From Paraphysomonas bandaiensis (taxonomy: Eukaryota; Protista; Chrysophyceae): a stretch of DNA of 64,000 nucleotides. Location: positions 186,001-250,000 of the forward strand of contig CBFFRP010000133.1 in assembly GCA_965644295.1 (NCBI GenBank). Reading direction: 5' to 3'. Shown one piece after another: positions 37,357 through 51,802 of this stretch; the stretch's first letter is position 1; each line of letters starts with the position of its first letter. The translations under genes were made by a program, and so were the position numbers. Under the pieces are notes generated by a model. It had not been told where the DNA came from, ran no database searches, and was given only the letters and a program-made list of their open reading frames with translations.

Positions 37357-39171
37357 CTAAGCTACTCTCAGATATTGATTTCCTAATGTCGCAGCGGCTT
37401 CCCGATAGGCTGCGCCAAGTGCCCACTCAATATCTGATCCATCAATATTCTGCTGCACGGTGATTACCTTATTCTCATCAAACCCAATTCCATGAGTAAG
37501 AAACAGGTAAGCATACGACGCAGAAAAACACCATCGAGCATTCTGCTCTTTAGGAGACTTGTCTCGAGGAAGAGTAATAGCCACTTTGTCCCACGTTAAC
37601 CCACATACTTCCTGTGCGGAGTCTAAGAATTCCTTCGGCGAAGTTTTCAATGGAAAGCTTGTAGTGCGCTCTGAAGTGAAGAGTGGTTCGTGTCCCGCGG
37701 GCATCGTTCCCATACCACTAGCAGCGTAGAAGAAATTTTCGAATACCAAAACATTTTTCGAATGTCGCACGAATGAAGGCTGGTATATACAGTTGAAAGA
37801 TACGGTGTCAATATCTTCAGCACAGTTAGCGGACTTTTCACCATTCCGCAGAGGAAACAACAAATCTTCAACAGCTTGATGACATTTATCGGCCTTATCG
37901 TCTGAACCACCGACGACATGAAACTCCCCAACTGGTCCCGTGTACACATCTCCGCTAGTTTTACCTTGCTCTCTGAAATATCCTGGGTTCAAGCAGGGGT
38001 CAACTAATGTTGTGGTAATAGTCCCATGAGGGTCATTCTGGGTCTTTACTTGAGTAGACACAAGGTGCTTATTGAGCGCAGCACGAGCCTGATCTCCACC
38101 ATAGCCCAAGTAGGAGTGAGTGTAAAGCTGGTAGCGTTGACCCTGAATCGTAAAGGAATATTGGTAGCTCTGCTGATTGGAGGGAATATCACTGGGACTA
38201 TTGACTATTTGAGTTACCTACAAAATACGGATAAGTAAACATACATTGTAAGATAATGAACAGCGTAGCGCTGAGATTTTGTATAGTGATATAGGTATAT
38301 TTACAAAATAGAGATACAATATTCTTACATAACGATCAGCTTTACTACGAATTGTAAACTATACACGACCATCCTTTGACATACCTGTGTACTGGCACCG
38401 CCCATTTCCACGACTGCATAGGCATTTTCAGGAGTCGGAACACCCTGGGAGCTCCGGAACGGCCCTATAATACGTTTCATGTAGTTGACCGAGATCCAAC
38501 CAAAGGCTCCCTCCTCAACTCCAGGAATAACTTGGGCAAAGTCAGGTTGGAAGTAAAAAGGAGAATTTTGAGAACTGCCAAGGAAGTTTCGCACAGACGA
38601 AATAATCGCATCCCGGGAAGCATCATCCAGCATTCTCAAGCCAGCAGTGGCTTTGAGCCAAATAGGAGTACGACTCCATTCAGACTCAGGTACTTCTTCT
38701 TTCATGAAGTCAATCAAACCTCGAAGTGAGTCACCAGCCATTGTTGGGTTCGCCGCGAAGGTGCTGAGGCCAGGTCTGACCTATACACACCGTATTAGTC
38801 ATAAATCGCTATTGATAATGCTACGAATACACCTTCTTCGAAGAGTGCTTCGGAAGGATGTACAAAGGCCCTGTACTAGAGCCGAGTAAACCATATCTAA
38901 ATATATGGGCTCTGCAGCCGCTGCTGCCGGCATCAATCATCGTCAGATAGCTGTAACTTTCTTTTGGAAGATCATTTAAAGCATCTTCCGTAAGACCCGC
39001 CTGGAATACTTTTGGACTGCCAACGCTATTCGTTTGCATGATAGATACGCCCATTGTTTGGGTTGCAACCATTAAACAGTAGAATACTACGATAAAAAAG
39101 ATAACGCATGCTGCCACTTGACCGAGAGACCGCCTCAGAGGCACCCCCGGCTTGCTCTTGCTGTTATACAT
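37357..39171 (-). CDS. GDA1/CD39 family apyrase (NTPDase), type II membrane
   Basis: All five apyrase conserved regions are present: IDAGSSG, KATAGLRML, GVEEGAFGWISVNY, EMGGASTQ and EWALGA. N-terminal TM. Confidence 0.95.
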
Positions 39172-39902
39172 GCAGTCCTAGGATCTCACTTGCTGTCTAG
39201 GGTCGATCTGGTATAATAGTCGACTGATTATTGGGCGATTTAAAGCCACATAAGTGATTTTTCCACAACTGACAGGCCCATAAAAACCGGCATTTACATA
39301 GAAAACGTATATTTATAGAACGAAAAATTCAAAATTACAGATATTATTCACTCCTACGTATCGATATCGTACTTCTACATCAGGAGTATCCAGTACGTTT
39401 GTAGTCCCACTCAGTTTTGTAGGGTGGTGGAAAAAACACGATAGAGTATGAAATTCTTCCGCCCTTCTGTGTGTAGAGAGTTCCACCTCAAGCGTTTGGC
39501 AATCGGTCTCTCTATCTCCGTGTCTGAAATAACAACGCCATCAAGGTAGCGTTAGTGCACGATTAGAGTGCATATATCTTCTACTACACCGTTGATTCGT
39601 AACATCTACCGTCAAATTGTTTGTCCAAAAGTAACTGAAATCGAAATTCTTGTAAAATTCAGGGAAAAAAAATATTTACCTTCGTAATTTTTACACTCTG
39701 ATACAAAAATACAGCATAAAAATTAGAAAAAAATTGTAAAAATTCAAAAATAATTCTTGTTTAAGATCATCGCCGTCACATGCACGTGTGTATATACAGC
39801 AGCAGTATATATAGCCGCACTAGTGACCCACAGGTTCAGTAAACCCCATCAAAGCACCGATGGACCATCCTCTTGTCTTCCCACTTACACGGCTATGAGT
39901 TG

Positions 39903-42900
39903 ATGTATTTACGAGCTGTGGATATGAATTACAGTGCAGTAAATATACGCAACTGTTCAGTTATAGCCATAGCAGACAACTCCAACTTATCCGCCCACAC
40001 TTACAGTAACAACGGCTATGCTTTACTGTCGCAATGGGAACTTGATGCCGTCATACTGGATGTTCTCCTCACCCTCTCAGAGGGTGCGGATGTGGACCAC
40101 TGCAGTCTCATTGCAGCCTCCACAACGCAGTTTTTTGTAGCAGAAATAAACGCAGTCGGAACTGTCGTATCGTCCGCATCAATTCCTCATTTGAAACACC
40201 GCATGAGTGCTTCGATTCTTTCTTACCTGCCTGTGTGTGGAGTTGCCTTTTCGTTTTGTGAGGACCAAATCATTTCGTTTTCTATACGAGATCTCAAAGA
40301 CACACAGTGTTCATTGAATGACTGCTTCGTGAAGTTAGATGCTGCTCGTAAGTATGCACCAATAGATAGAGATGCCTTGCAATTAGAGAAGGTTGTGGTT
40401 CCATCTCTAACAGAGCCGTTTCTGCTGCTTATATCACGAGGTAATTATGATGTATTTTCATATATATCTACTACATTAGTCGCTTTAGTATTGTCTTATC
40501 GTTGGATATATTCTCAATTCTGATGGTTGGTAATCGTTTGTTCGTGGTGTAGCATCTTCTACCGGACTTCTTGTTATCCAGTGGTGTGCTCTTGACCCCT
40601 CGGGTTTGGACTCTTTGTATGTTTACTGGGAAACTCGTTTAACTTGCACATACATTGCATGCGAGTCACTTCCTCACCTAAACTGTGTCCTTGTGGCTAA
40701 TGCCGGTGCTGTGGATATCTATGATTGCACTGGCGTGGTAACGCGGTGTGAAATACCTTTCGTGAATTCCGCATCTGAGTCTATTACAAGTGTTGCGGTG
40801 TCAAGCCGTAACACTGATTTCCCTAGTCGATTAATACTTTCAACGACAAGGGGAAATTCATACTTGTGTATGCTTAGTATAAACGATGAAATAGGTGAAA
40901 ATAAGATCACGCTATCATTTCTATATTTGATTTTTATTAATGCGTGTATACTAATGGTTGTTATATTTTGAGCATATACTTCGACTGAGTCGATTAATAA
41001 TATTTGTAGGTGAGATAACTTTGTTGCTTAAATTATGCGGCAAAGTGGGCACGGAGTTATGTTTGTTCAACCCCTCTGGAACTACATGCTCTGCCTGCAT
41101 TCTCACCAACAATCCTGTGTTCAAATCCCGACTTCCTTTTTACCAATATATGCATGTTATATTTACTGCGGAAGAGAATGACAATTTTTCGGTGCTGTTG
41201 TTTGTGGGACACAAAGATTTCGGTACAGAACTTGTTCAGATGCACCAGTCTGATCCAGGTAGGGTGTATATATATCTCGTAGTGTGGTGATGTGTTTCCC
41301 TTGCGTGTATTATAAATTGATATGTTACCTGCGATGTGTACTGTAGATATGCAGAAAGAGGCCTCAGGGGATACGTGGACTATAAACCAGTATAGCGTTT
41401 TTGATGCAATCGTTGGTATAAAACGCGCCTGCCCAATTTCTAGGACAGGTATATTAGAGGTTGAATAGGAACAAGGGCGACATATTTGTAGTAGTAATAC
41501 TGACAGTATTTTCTGTGGATGTGATGTGTTTCACCTTTCAATAATTCATTTCCCCTACTTTTCTTTGCTAGGTTCAGTGGAATATGTCGCGTTTTCTTGT
41601 GAAGATTCCACTAAATACTCCGCCGAGGATACTGATGTGACTTCAGTTTTAACAAAGTGCTGTGTAGGGTCTGTGTTCAAGCCTACCTCATCAATGGCGA
41701 TAGACATCGCATGTGAGCACAGTGCTGATACCTTGTCCACTTTCAAACTATTTACTGTGATATGCGACCAAGCTGTGGACGCCGTACCTCTTACTGCGAG
41801 ATCGCACTCTAAGCCTTGGAGTACGATGGTTGTGATTTCGTCACGCTTACACTGTGAGACGTCACTATTGACTATCAATCACGCGGGAAAACTTCAATTA
41901 TCCATTGAGCGGTCTGATTTAGTCGTCAATCAAGAGACCATTGCATTTTTTCGAGTGACGGATAGTCTTATAGCCCAGTGTTTACATGATAGGATATTAT
42001 TGCTAGATATCAAAACGCTGCGGAAAATTAAAGAGCATCCTCTTGCCTCAACTGGTCTTAGCAGTTTTATTGGACACTGCAATTATGTACAGATGAAGTG
42101 GATGTCGTCGAGTACAGTTTTGCCGGTTACATCTTCGTTTTTTGTTGTCACTTCACTGTGCGACTGCTCTGTGTTGTCTGTAACTACGCGTGGGAATATG
42201 AACAAGGTTCTTACTAAATCAATGAGTGGGGAAATAACTGCAGCAGCAGTGTTTGGCATATTTGATGTCATTGTTGTAGTTTTGGCAATCTGGAATTCGA
42301 ATGATTTACATCTACTTTATATACCAAAACCTACAGGAGAGCAATCGAAGAGTACTAACTCACAGTACGTAGAGCGTGTGATAGCGTTGCCTAATGAAAC
42401 TGGTCCTCTAACTTGCAACCCTCAGTCCACCATTCGTCATATCCTCATAATATTGCACTCAAAGAGCCATCTCAGCGTCGTATGTGGAAATGACGATGGG
42501 AGAATATGCATCCTGAATTTTGAAGTTGATGTTACCACAAAGTTTCTCTCCGCATCGTACTCGGCGTATGTTAGCTTCGTGGTAGGCGGACTATGTAGCA
42601 TAGTTTCACATCCTTTTATGGGAGGCCAAGATACGGAACCAGATATTGCGACGGGATTTGTAGCGAATGGATACAACTGTGACTATTTATATAAATCAAA
42701 ATACAGCTCCACTCGTGACGTACTCAATAGTATACACTGGACTCGGACACTTGTAGTTCGGTCAGCCAGTGAGCACCGCGTTTGCCTGAATGCAACTCAT
42801 TCATTCGTCCCGCAATTATGTCCATATAGCTCATGCGGGTCGAAGTCTGCCCACAGCCTGCAATATGTATGGTTAGGCTGGTTTTCGAATAGTGAGGGAA

Positions 42901-44480
42901 ATAACACAATGACTATATCTCTGGGGTCTTTAAGTCATTTTTATGGCACTGAAAATCATGATACATTAACGCTCTGCCCACTGATATGTCGCCGGTTTGA
43001 ATTTCGAGTACATACTATAACGCCCTTATACGACGGGGCATTTGCTATGCTTCTTTATTCTCATCACGGTCAATTAGAAGTGAATTCTAAAGAGGTATAT
43101 GGCTTGAAGTTGATAGATACGTTAACCATGAATGCTTTGTGGGACTATAGCGGCACATCCACTCTTACCCCGATGGCTGTGTACGAGTGTCCCAATGCCC
43201 CTATCGGCCCGTCATATATATGCACATTTATTGTTGTCACAGCATGTAAAAGTCTCCAAATCTTCGGAATAAATTGCTGTCCTAAGAGTTGTACAACAAC
43301 AGTCCATTCCCTAGGTCGTGTCCATCAATCGTCTACAACCTCGGAAATTCGATGTGCCGAGTCTCTACCCCCAGACATATTGTTTGCATGCAGTGATGTT
43401 GATTTTAAGGCCTATCGGTGGTGTGTCAGCGATACAGCGGTCTGTTCACATGTATATATGGAAGAAGTGACAGTGCAGAAGTTTAAATCGCATGTAAGAT
43501 TATGAAGTTCTTGTTTGTCGCACTGTTGTGTTGTTCATCAAAACTCCATGGTGTAAGCTGTGCTTGTAGTCGTAATTTATCATCTCACGATATCTAATTG
43601 TTTGTCGTATCCATGTATAGGATATATCAGTGGTGGTGGATATGTCTTGTTGCTTATCTGATGACGGTGGAGATGTAGCACTCATATACATTTCTCTGGC
43701 CTTGGTGGGAGTAGAGGTCTGGATTTTCCATAAGAACCTTAATTTACTGGAGGTACACACAAGGTTTACGATATAGAAATGTGTATAATTTAATAAATGC
43801 TGCAAAGTTGTATCGTGCTACTATTCATAAGCTGTATTTTATGGGTTTGTCGGTGCGAATGATGTCCTCTTTCGAGAATGTTTTTAATTATCATGTACAG
43901 TACGCAACATCTATTGTTTCCAGAAATATTATTCTGGACTGTATTCGAATTCTACCGCCAACGAGATATAGCACCCAGTATGACTCAGCTGAAACTGGTC
44001 TTGACGTCCTTATACGCCCTGTAATTGGGATCGACAGGTCCTTTCTATGATATGTCTACTGCGGTGTATATGTATTGTTTTGTATATACGTATCGTATTT
44101 CGTAATGAAACTATTGTGGATTAAGATTACTTGACTAGAGAGCTGCTGTGACTACGCTCCTTGTTGATATTGACTAGACATATTGGTACTTGTTTCTGAT
44201 ATCCGTTACCACTGATTTGTATATGCATATGTACTATGCTGTAATTTAGGCCGTATTTAGGTTATCGGGAAGGGTTCTGTGTGGCAGAGGCGAAGAATTT
44301 ACTATTCAGACTTCTGATGGAAGCGGCACTGGGAAGGAGGTTATCTGCAATAATGCAGTTAATTTGTGGTTAAGTGATGTCAAAGAGTGGTGCAAGCAAC
44401 CGACACACCACTATGCCAGTTACTGTATTGTGAAAGGAGACGGGAATGTATTCACCTATAGTGTAAATATAGAGGACTAA
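39903..44480 (+). CDS. Large divergent beta-propeller protein, DDB1/CPSF160/SF3B3 family-like
   Basis: Multi-exon gene including a 659-aa ORF. QETIAFFRVTDSLIAQCLHDRILL, GEITAAAV..VVLAIWNSNDLHLL and IRHILI..SVVCGNDDGRI follow the order of DDB1 propeller-B motifs. Start codon is uncertain. Confidence 0.55.
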
Positions 44481-45092
44481 AGCTCGAGCTGTACTCATGC
44501 GAGATATATATGTGTGTAGTCAGAACGATGTATAGAATGTGTCTCTGAACTTTTATTTTTATGTAATAAATGGCGAATATTAACTAGTATTGTTTACATA
44601 GCCATAAAGTAGACATACAAAAATTGAATTAGTCTCCGACAGATCAGTTTACAAGCAATTTCGTGAACAGTGTCGTTTTTTAAAATATAGCTGTACGATA
44701 AAATGCTCTGGGACGCATAGCACACTGTTATAGTGCTATGATGCTATGAAGTAATATTTTAGCTTAGCTAGATAGCGAACTATATATACTATATTTAAAT
44801 AGACGAGGAAATATTCAGGGATCTACTCTTTTCTGATAGGCAGCTTTAAATTTTAAATCCAATAATCTATAGTATGGCTACTCCATACGGTTCTCAGCGC
44901 CAAGTCTACAGTGTATATTCGTCTCATGAAATAGCATTTATCATACCCTGGACCGTGGAATGTCTTCTATCTTCTATGTAGTAAATGAAGATACACAAAA
45001 AACGTGTGATGAAGTGCTTAATTAGCGCATATAAAGATGTCATAGCTGATCATACTCTAGCTACCACTGGTGTCCTCACCAACGCAACGTAA

Positions 45093-46515
45093 TTAAGCAT
45101 CTTCGTCGTCTAAGTCATCTAAATCATCGTCCCCACCAAATAACTCCTCGTTAACTTCTATGTTGTCCTCCTTCTTAACTTCTTCTCCTTTCGTATCATT
45201 TTTCGTAGCTTCTGCGAGTTTCCTGGCGGCTTCCTCATTCGCCATTCTCTCTTCTTCCTCAGTTGGGGCCTCTGCCACAGCGAAGAATGATAAATCCTCG
45301 CGTTCAACGTTATCAAAAACAGCAGTCTTGACAGTCACGCCATCCAATACAAACGTAGTCGTCGATGTCCGGGCGGCTTTACGACGGGCTTCTTCGTCAC
45401 GAACCTTCTGTTCGATTTCCAGCCTATTTAGTACAACATAAGACTGATTTCTTCACGATTCATACCACATATAGTCACACAATCTACAATATACCGCATA
45501 CTCCATTGTACAAAAGCATAACCATCACAGCATAAGCAGCCGACTAACAACCACAGGGAGCCAAAAAGTACAACCGTAGTGCTTACTTATGTATTTCAAA
45601 TAGTCTCTCCTGCTCCTCCTGAGCTTTTTTAGCTGCAGCTCTTTGCAGCGCTTCTTCTCTCTCCTCTCGCGCCTTCTGCTCGTTATAGTATTCAACGGCA
45701 TCCTTGTCATCCGCCGCACCTTCGTCATCCACAAACAGCGCAGAGTTGTAGTTGAAGAGCTCTTTACCGGATAAGACAGCTAGCACTACATGTTAGAAAA
45801 CGTGTACATAACCACTACATTACTCCACTTACATAAACCCTTCCCACCCTTCTTCTTTCCTTGTTCAGCTTTCATCCTGGCCTCAGCATCAGCTTGTCGT
45901 TTGGCAAGCTTATGTGCACGCCATATCGCAAATGTCTCAGCTGTGACAGGAGTGCCAGTTTTCCCTTGTGCAGCAAGTTTTGCGCGTTGTTCTTCGATAA
46001 TATCTTCTAAAGTCTTTTCCTTGAACACCTCCACTGCTTCCACCTCTACTTCTTCATAGACTGGCTGTGAGACAGTGGTTGATACAGGGTCCTCTTGAGT
46101 GTAGTCGTCATCAGAATCAGAATCATCAAATTCAATAGTAACAGCTGATTCTGCTAGACCAATTGCCTCTGCTTGCTCTTTCGCCTTTGACTTCTTTTTT
46201 CCGAATTGATTGGCGACACCTTCATTCAAGAGGAGTCGAAGCTCCTCTTCCTGTTGCTGCTTTGCGGCCTTTGCTCGTAGTTTCGACTCCTTCGCTTTGT
46301 TCTACAATCATTACATTCATAACAAACACAACACAGTCGCGAGATAATCTCACCGCATCGGCGTTCTGCTGATTCTTCACTCCAGTTTCGACCTGATTGA
46401 TGAATTTTTGCACTTTAGCAGACTTGTTTTTGTTTTTGAGTCCGAACGTGCGGTCCTCAATCACTTTCGCCTGTTTTTTCTGTTGATTTTTCTTGCTTGG
46501 CTTCTCTTTCGGCAT
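45093..46515 (-). CDS. ZC3H15: DRG family regulatory protein 1 (ZC3H15/Tma46-like), lacking CCCH fingers
   Basis: N-terminal IEDRTFGLKNKNKSAKVQKFINQV. DFRP block TLEDIIEEQR..TPVTAETFAIW..LSGKELF..LFVDD. Acidic tail EELF. Confidence 0.85.
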
Positions 46516-47146
46516 GGCTCACGACAGGAGATGTAGAGGGTCTGGTGGATGTCGATGAGTCGTTAATTGGATCTTAATATGCAGGTGTCGATCACTGCAC
46601 TCGTACAGCACTCACTGACTGATTGACTGTCTAGAAGATAATTCAATGGAATAACTGACGGATCGAATTATGTATTCGATAGCGTTATTTCAATGCATGC
46701 GATGAATCCCTGCTGGCTTCGAGGGTTTAAGAGCACACACCAACACTGACAAGCGGCAGAACAGACGGGCGGTGTTTATATATGGCGCTGAGAGGCATAC
46801 AGTATATACGGCGGTATAGTGTGGTATAATTGTAGAATCTCTAGCCACCAATAACATAACACAGAACAATGAGGAATACAGCGCTGTACTCCTGCGAATA
46901 CACCACGCACCATACCAGCGTATTTTGTCTGTATACCGTACGTATTACATGCATCAAATTATGGTGCAGAAGTGTGCGTGTGTATGAGCATACTGTACTG
47001 CACCAGCATGTCGTATAGTCGTGCCAGACACATGCAAACGACTGTACTTGGTGTGTACAGCAGAGTGGTGTACATGGTACTGTACATGATAGCAAACACC
47101 ACTATGCATCCCATGAACACGAAGTAATCCGATAGTTCCTATCAAG

Positions 47147-48655
47147 ATGACTGCAAGGGATAGCCCGGGAATCTACTTCCTGGCGTTGACCATAATCAAT
47201 GTTATGAATTTTGTTGATCGAGGGATCATTCCGGGTGCAACAGACGAGTTCACATCATTCATCGACCGAACTCTACACACCGACACACCATCACTCTATA
47301 TCGGCTTACTTCAGTCATCTTTCATCATAGGGCTGTGCATTGCATCCCCAATATTCGCGACATTATCTCATCGAACCAACATCTTTACGCTGATTGGCTA
47401 TGGGATGTCTTGCTGGACGGTTGCTGCCTTTATCTCTGGTCTGGCATTCTTCATGAAGAGCTATGAGGTGCTAGTTATTGGCCGCGTTTTATCTGGTGCA
47501 GGTGAGGCTGCATTTATGTGCTGCACGGCTCCGTGGATAGCAACCAATGCAGATGCCGACAGTAAGTCAAGATGGCTTGCTACCTTCTACTTGGCCATGC
47601 CTGTTGGGACCGCCCTGGGGTATATTTACTCATCTATCATTGCAACTTCTATTGGATGGAAATGGGCATTTTTCATCGAGGCGATTTACATGATTCCCTT
47701 CGTTGCGTTTTTGTTCGCTATGGCCTATAGATTTCCAGTTCTGAAACCGGGCGAGCGGCATTTTCCAGCGAAAGATTATGAGGATAATTTATTAAATTCG
47801 ACAGATAAAACTCTATCTGAGCAGCAATTTAATGGGAACCAAAATACAGAAGAAAATGGTACAGATCAGTCCTCGTCCCCGTCACTTTGGGAGGAGACTC
47901 GCTTAGTATGTGCCCACCCATGTTATGTTTACATAACATTTGGATATGCTGCACTTACCGCGGTTTTGATTGGTCTAGCCACTTTTGGGTCCTCTTTCTT
48001 CCTTGGACTGGGGTTGTTCGAGTCAGAAGTAGCTGCATCCACTGCCTTTGGTATAATAGTGAGTATTGCGGGCATAATTGGATTTCCTGTCGGAGGGGTC
48101 CTAGTTGACTTCTTGTCTGCTCAGAGGAAAAAGAATCACCCCGAATCTGCAGAAGCAGATCTCGTGAGTTCATCTCTGGTTATGTTGGTATCAGGCACTA
48201 TAGGTTTGGTACTGTACTGTTCGTTTTACTTTACAAGGGGGATAGTGTTGGCTCTTGGGGTAATATTTTTAGCCACCTTTGCGATATTTATATGTAATGC
48301 AGCAACAAGTATTGGGCTCATATACAGCATTCCTGTGGCTAACCGATCATTTGGTATAGCGTTCAACGTAATAGTACAACATATGCTTGGAGATGTACCA
48401 TCTCCACTTGTGGCAGGTTATCTGAAGGATCACCTTGCGAATGGATGTGTTGGAGATGATGACAAAGCCAGTACCAGTGATGCGTGCAGAGACGACGCCC
48501 CTGGTATACGACTTACCATGCTGTTAATATCTCTCTGGTTGCTTTGGTGCACTGTTTTTTATGGAGCTGCCTATGTTCATGCCCTGTCTATTGACTTTAA
48601 GAAAGATAAAACGGCGGTAACCACTGAAAGCACCTCTCGGGAACTGTCAGCTTAG
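47147..48655 (+). CDS. Spinster-type MFS transporter
   Basis: INVMNFVDRG, GLLQSSF, GRVLSGAGEA, WLATFYLAMPVGTALGY, HMLGDVPSP; about 12 TM; intronless. Confidence 0.92.
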   Translation: MTARDSPGIYFLALTIINVMNFVDRGIIPGATDEFTSFIDRTLHTDTPSLYIGLLQSSFIIGLCIASPIFATLSHRTNIFTLIGYGMSCWTVAAFISGLAFFMKSYEVLVIGRVLSGAGEAAFMCCTAPWIATNADADSKSRWLATFYLAMPVGTALGYIYSSIIATSIGWKWAFFIEAIYMIPFVAFLFAMAYRFPVLKPGERHFPAKDYEDNLLNSTDKTLSEQQFNGNQNTEENGTDQSSSPSLWEETRLVCAHPCYVYITFGYAALTAVLIGLATFGSSFFLGLGLFESEVAASTAFGIIVSIAGIIGFPVGGVLVDFLSAQRKKNHPESAEADLVSSSLVMLVSGTIGLVLYCSFYFTRGIVLALGVIFLATFAIFICNAATSIGLIYSIPVANRSFGIAFNVIVQHMLGDVPSPLVAGYLKDHLANGCVGDDDKASTSDACRDDAPGIRLTMLLISLWLLWCTVFYGAAYVHALSIDFKKDKTAVTTESTSRELSA

Positions 48656-49269
48656 CTCTGATTCAGTCTAATTTGATGTGGATGTACTCAGTAGTGATTA
48701 ATTCCCTCCTATATATCGTATTAACTTAGAACACTGTCATTTATGGAATCAGTGTGTCAGTGTGCGGATATCTATGGCCTTTTGGGTATTATCGCTTAAC
48801 CGATTGGTAAATAGGTACCTTCTATCCGTTTAAAGTATAACTTTAGAAGGTTTTCCCTTTTTTAATTTTACTAGGAAACATGCTGACCCGATACAGGCCA
48901 TAGTATATAATGTTAAATTACGCAGTAACGACTTGCTAAAATCAAGATGAGCATGCATGACTGCTTTTACCAGTGGGTCAAAATTTATTTCTCTAGAATT
49001 ACAGATTACAGCACAACAAAAAACTGCCAGGAGGCGACAACAATATATTGCCAGCAAAAGTAAATAATAATAATAATATTTTAAAGACCAATCATAAATA
49101 TGTTACAATATATTGAAATATATAGGGCGCTAAGAAGAAGAATTAGCTCGATCGGTAGTCCGTAGAGGATACAACATGATGATCAAAACCCAATAAATAT
49201 GCAGCAACTAGTACTCTAAAACCATTCCAACTCTTCATCACTTTGGTCCTTATACTCGTCATAATCAGA

Positions 49270-49700
49270 CGGTCCATCATCAATGACCTATTGCACTGTC
49301 TTTGCGGCCCACAAGTGCTTGTTGAAGCGAAGAAAGGGCAGCAATTCGAGGCGTCGTGGGGCCCTTCCTTGTCGCAAGTCGCAAGTGCGTCATGACAATC
49401 TTGGGCTGAACAAACGCTCCACAATGATAGTTGTACTGAATATGTGCTTAGTCGAGCAATACTGGGTGTCAAGCTGTCGTCCTAACTTCTTGGTGGCTCT
49501 GTTGCTTTCTAATACAGCTGCTTTCCTTTTATTTGCCACTTTGACGACCCTCTCCGGTGATTCAGCTTTTTCTTCATCCTTTCGGAATCTATTCGATTAG
49601 GGTTAGGGTTAGGCCTCCTAACCATTCTGAATCTTCACAATGGTCTTATCGAAGGTAGTACTTTGAACGATATCAGCATCTACAGAGAGATGTGAAGCTT
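49270..49700 (-). mobile_element. hAT-type transposase C-terminal pseudogene fragment
   Basis: The minus strand reads HLSVDADIVQSTTFDKTIVKIQNG, then STTIIVERLFS/KIVMTHLR. After removing a 7-bp duplication (CTTGCGA) it continues PRRLELLPFLRFNKHLWAAKTVQ, which fits the hAT dimerisation domain. Confidence 0.8.
49589..49613. repeat. Interstitial (TTAGGG)n motif plus CTATTCGA tag, copy 2, inside the hAT remnant
   Basis: CTATTCGATTAGGGTTAGGGTTAGG. Confidence 0.9.
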
Positions 49701-50686
49701 TGCATAAAAACCACTCCATGATTTGCTTCGTTGAAAACTTTATGGCACAGCCTTTGATATGCCGGCTGTGGCTCGTGATAACTATAAAGCAAGTTGTCGA
49801 AATGTCTCTACCGAATACAGTTGTATATCACAGTATAACACTACTGTACATGGTCATATGCTATCTCCCGAGAAGGATACCATCTTTTAATCAACATTCC
49901 CAATATTTGTCTAACCGCATTGACTGGAGCAAACCACCATCAAAACGTGATGGAGAAATATTAAGCATTTCGTTATTGTTGACGTATAAATACCTCTAGC
50001 TCAAGTACAATTTATATGTATACATAATCGTGATAAACTTACCGGATTATACTCAAAGTCCAATAAATCCAGGACCAAGTAAGGTAAGTACAGCGCAACA
50101 ATATTATCGGATGATTTGGTAATCCTGTTCACTTTAAAGTACTCGTGCATGTCACCAATTATTGTCTTTGTATTATGTTCAACTGAACGCTTGTGTTCCT
50201 CCCTTTCAATGTGCCATCAAGATCTTGTTCTGTAGATCCAGGAACCACACTCCTGGAAGATAAAGACATCAGCCAGACCCAACTATGCTTAACACACGAT
50301 GCATTTCTTCATACACGACAACAAGCTATCCTTTCAAAGAGTTCACGAGGCCACTAATCCCTTCCTCTATTTGCTTGGATTGAAGTTGCTTACTGTTGAG
50401 CTCGATACGGCCGATATCGATCCGTGGCGTATCGACCCATGTACGGTTATATATGTACAGCAGTACATTGTATACATACATACATACTCCTTCGAGTACA
50501 TGGATATACAGTACTATCCAGTGGTGTATCATGCTGCTGGTATACACTCTGTACACGACGTAGTGCGGTACTGCTCTATGCATCTCACCATATCAACTAC
50601 AGCTACACAGTATACTGCTGTATACATACATATGTAAATATCTACAGCAGAGTTGTACAGGCAGCAGCACACACATACATACATAG

Positions 50687-51802
<1,116 letters not shown>

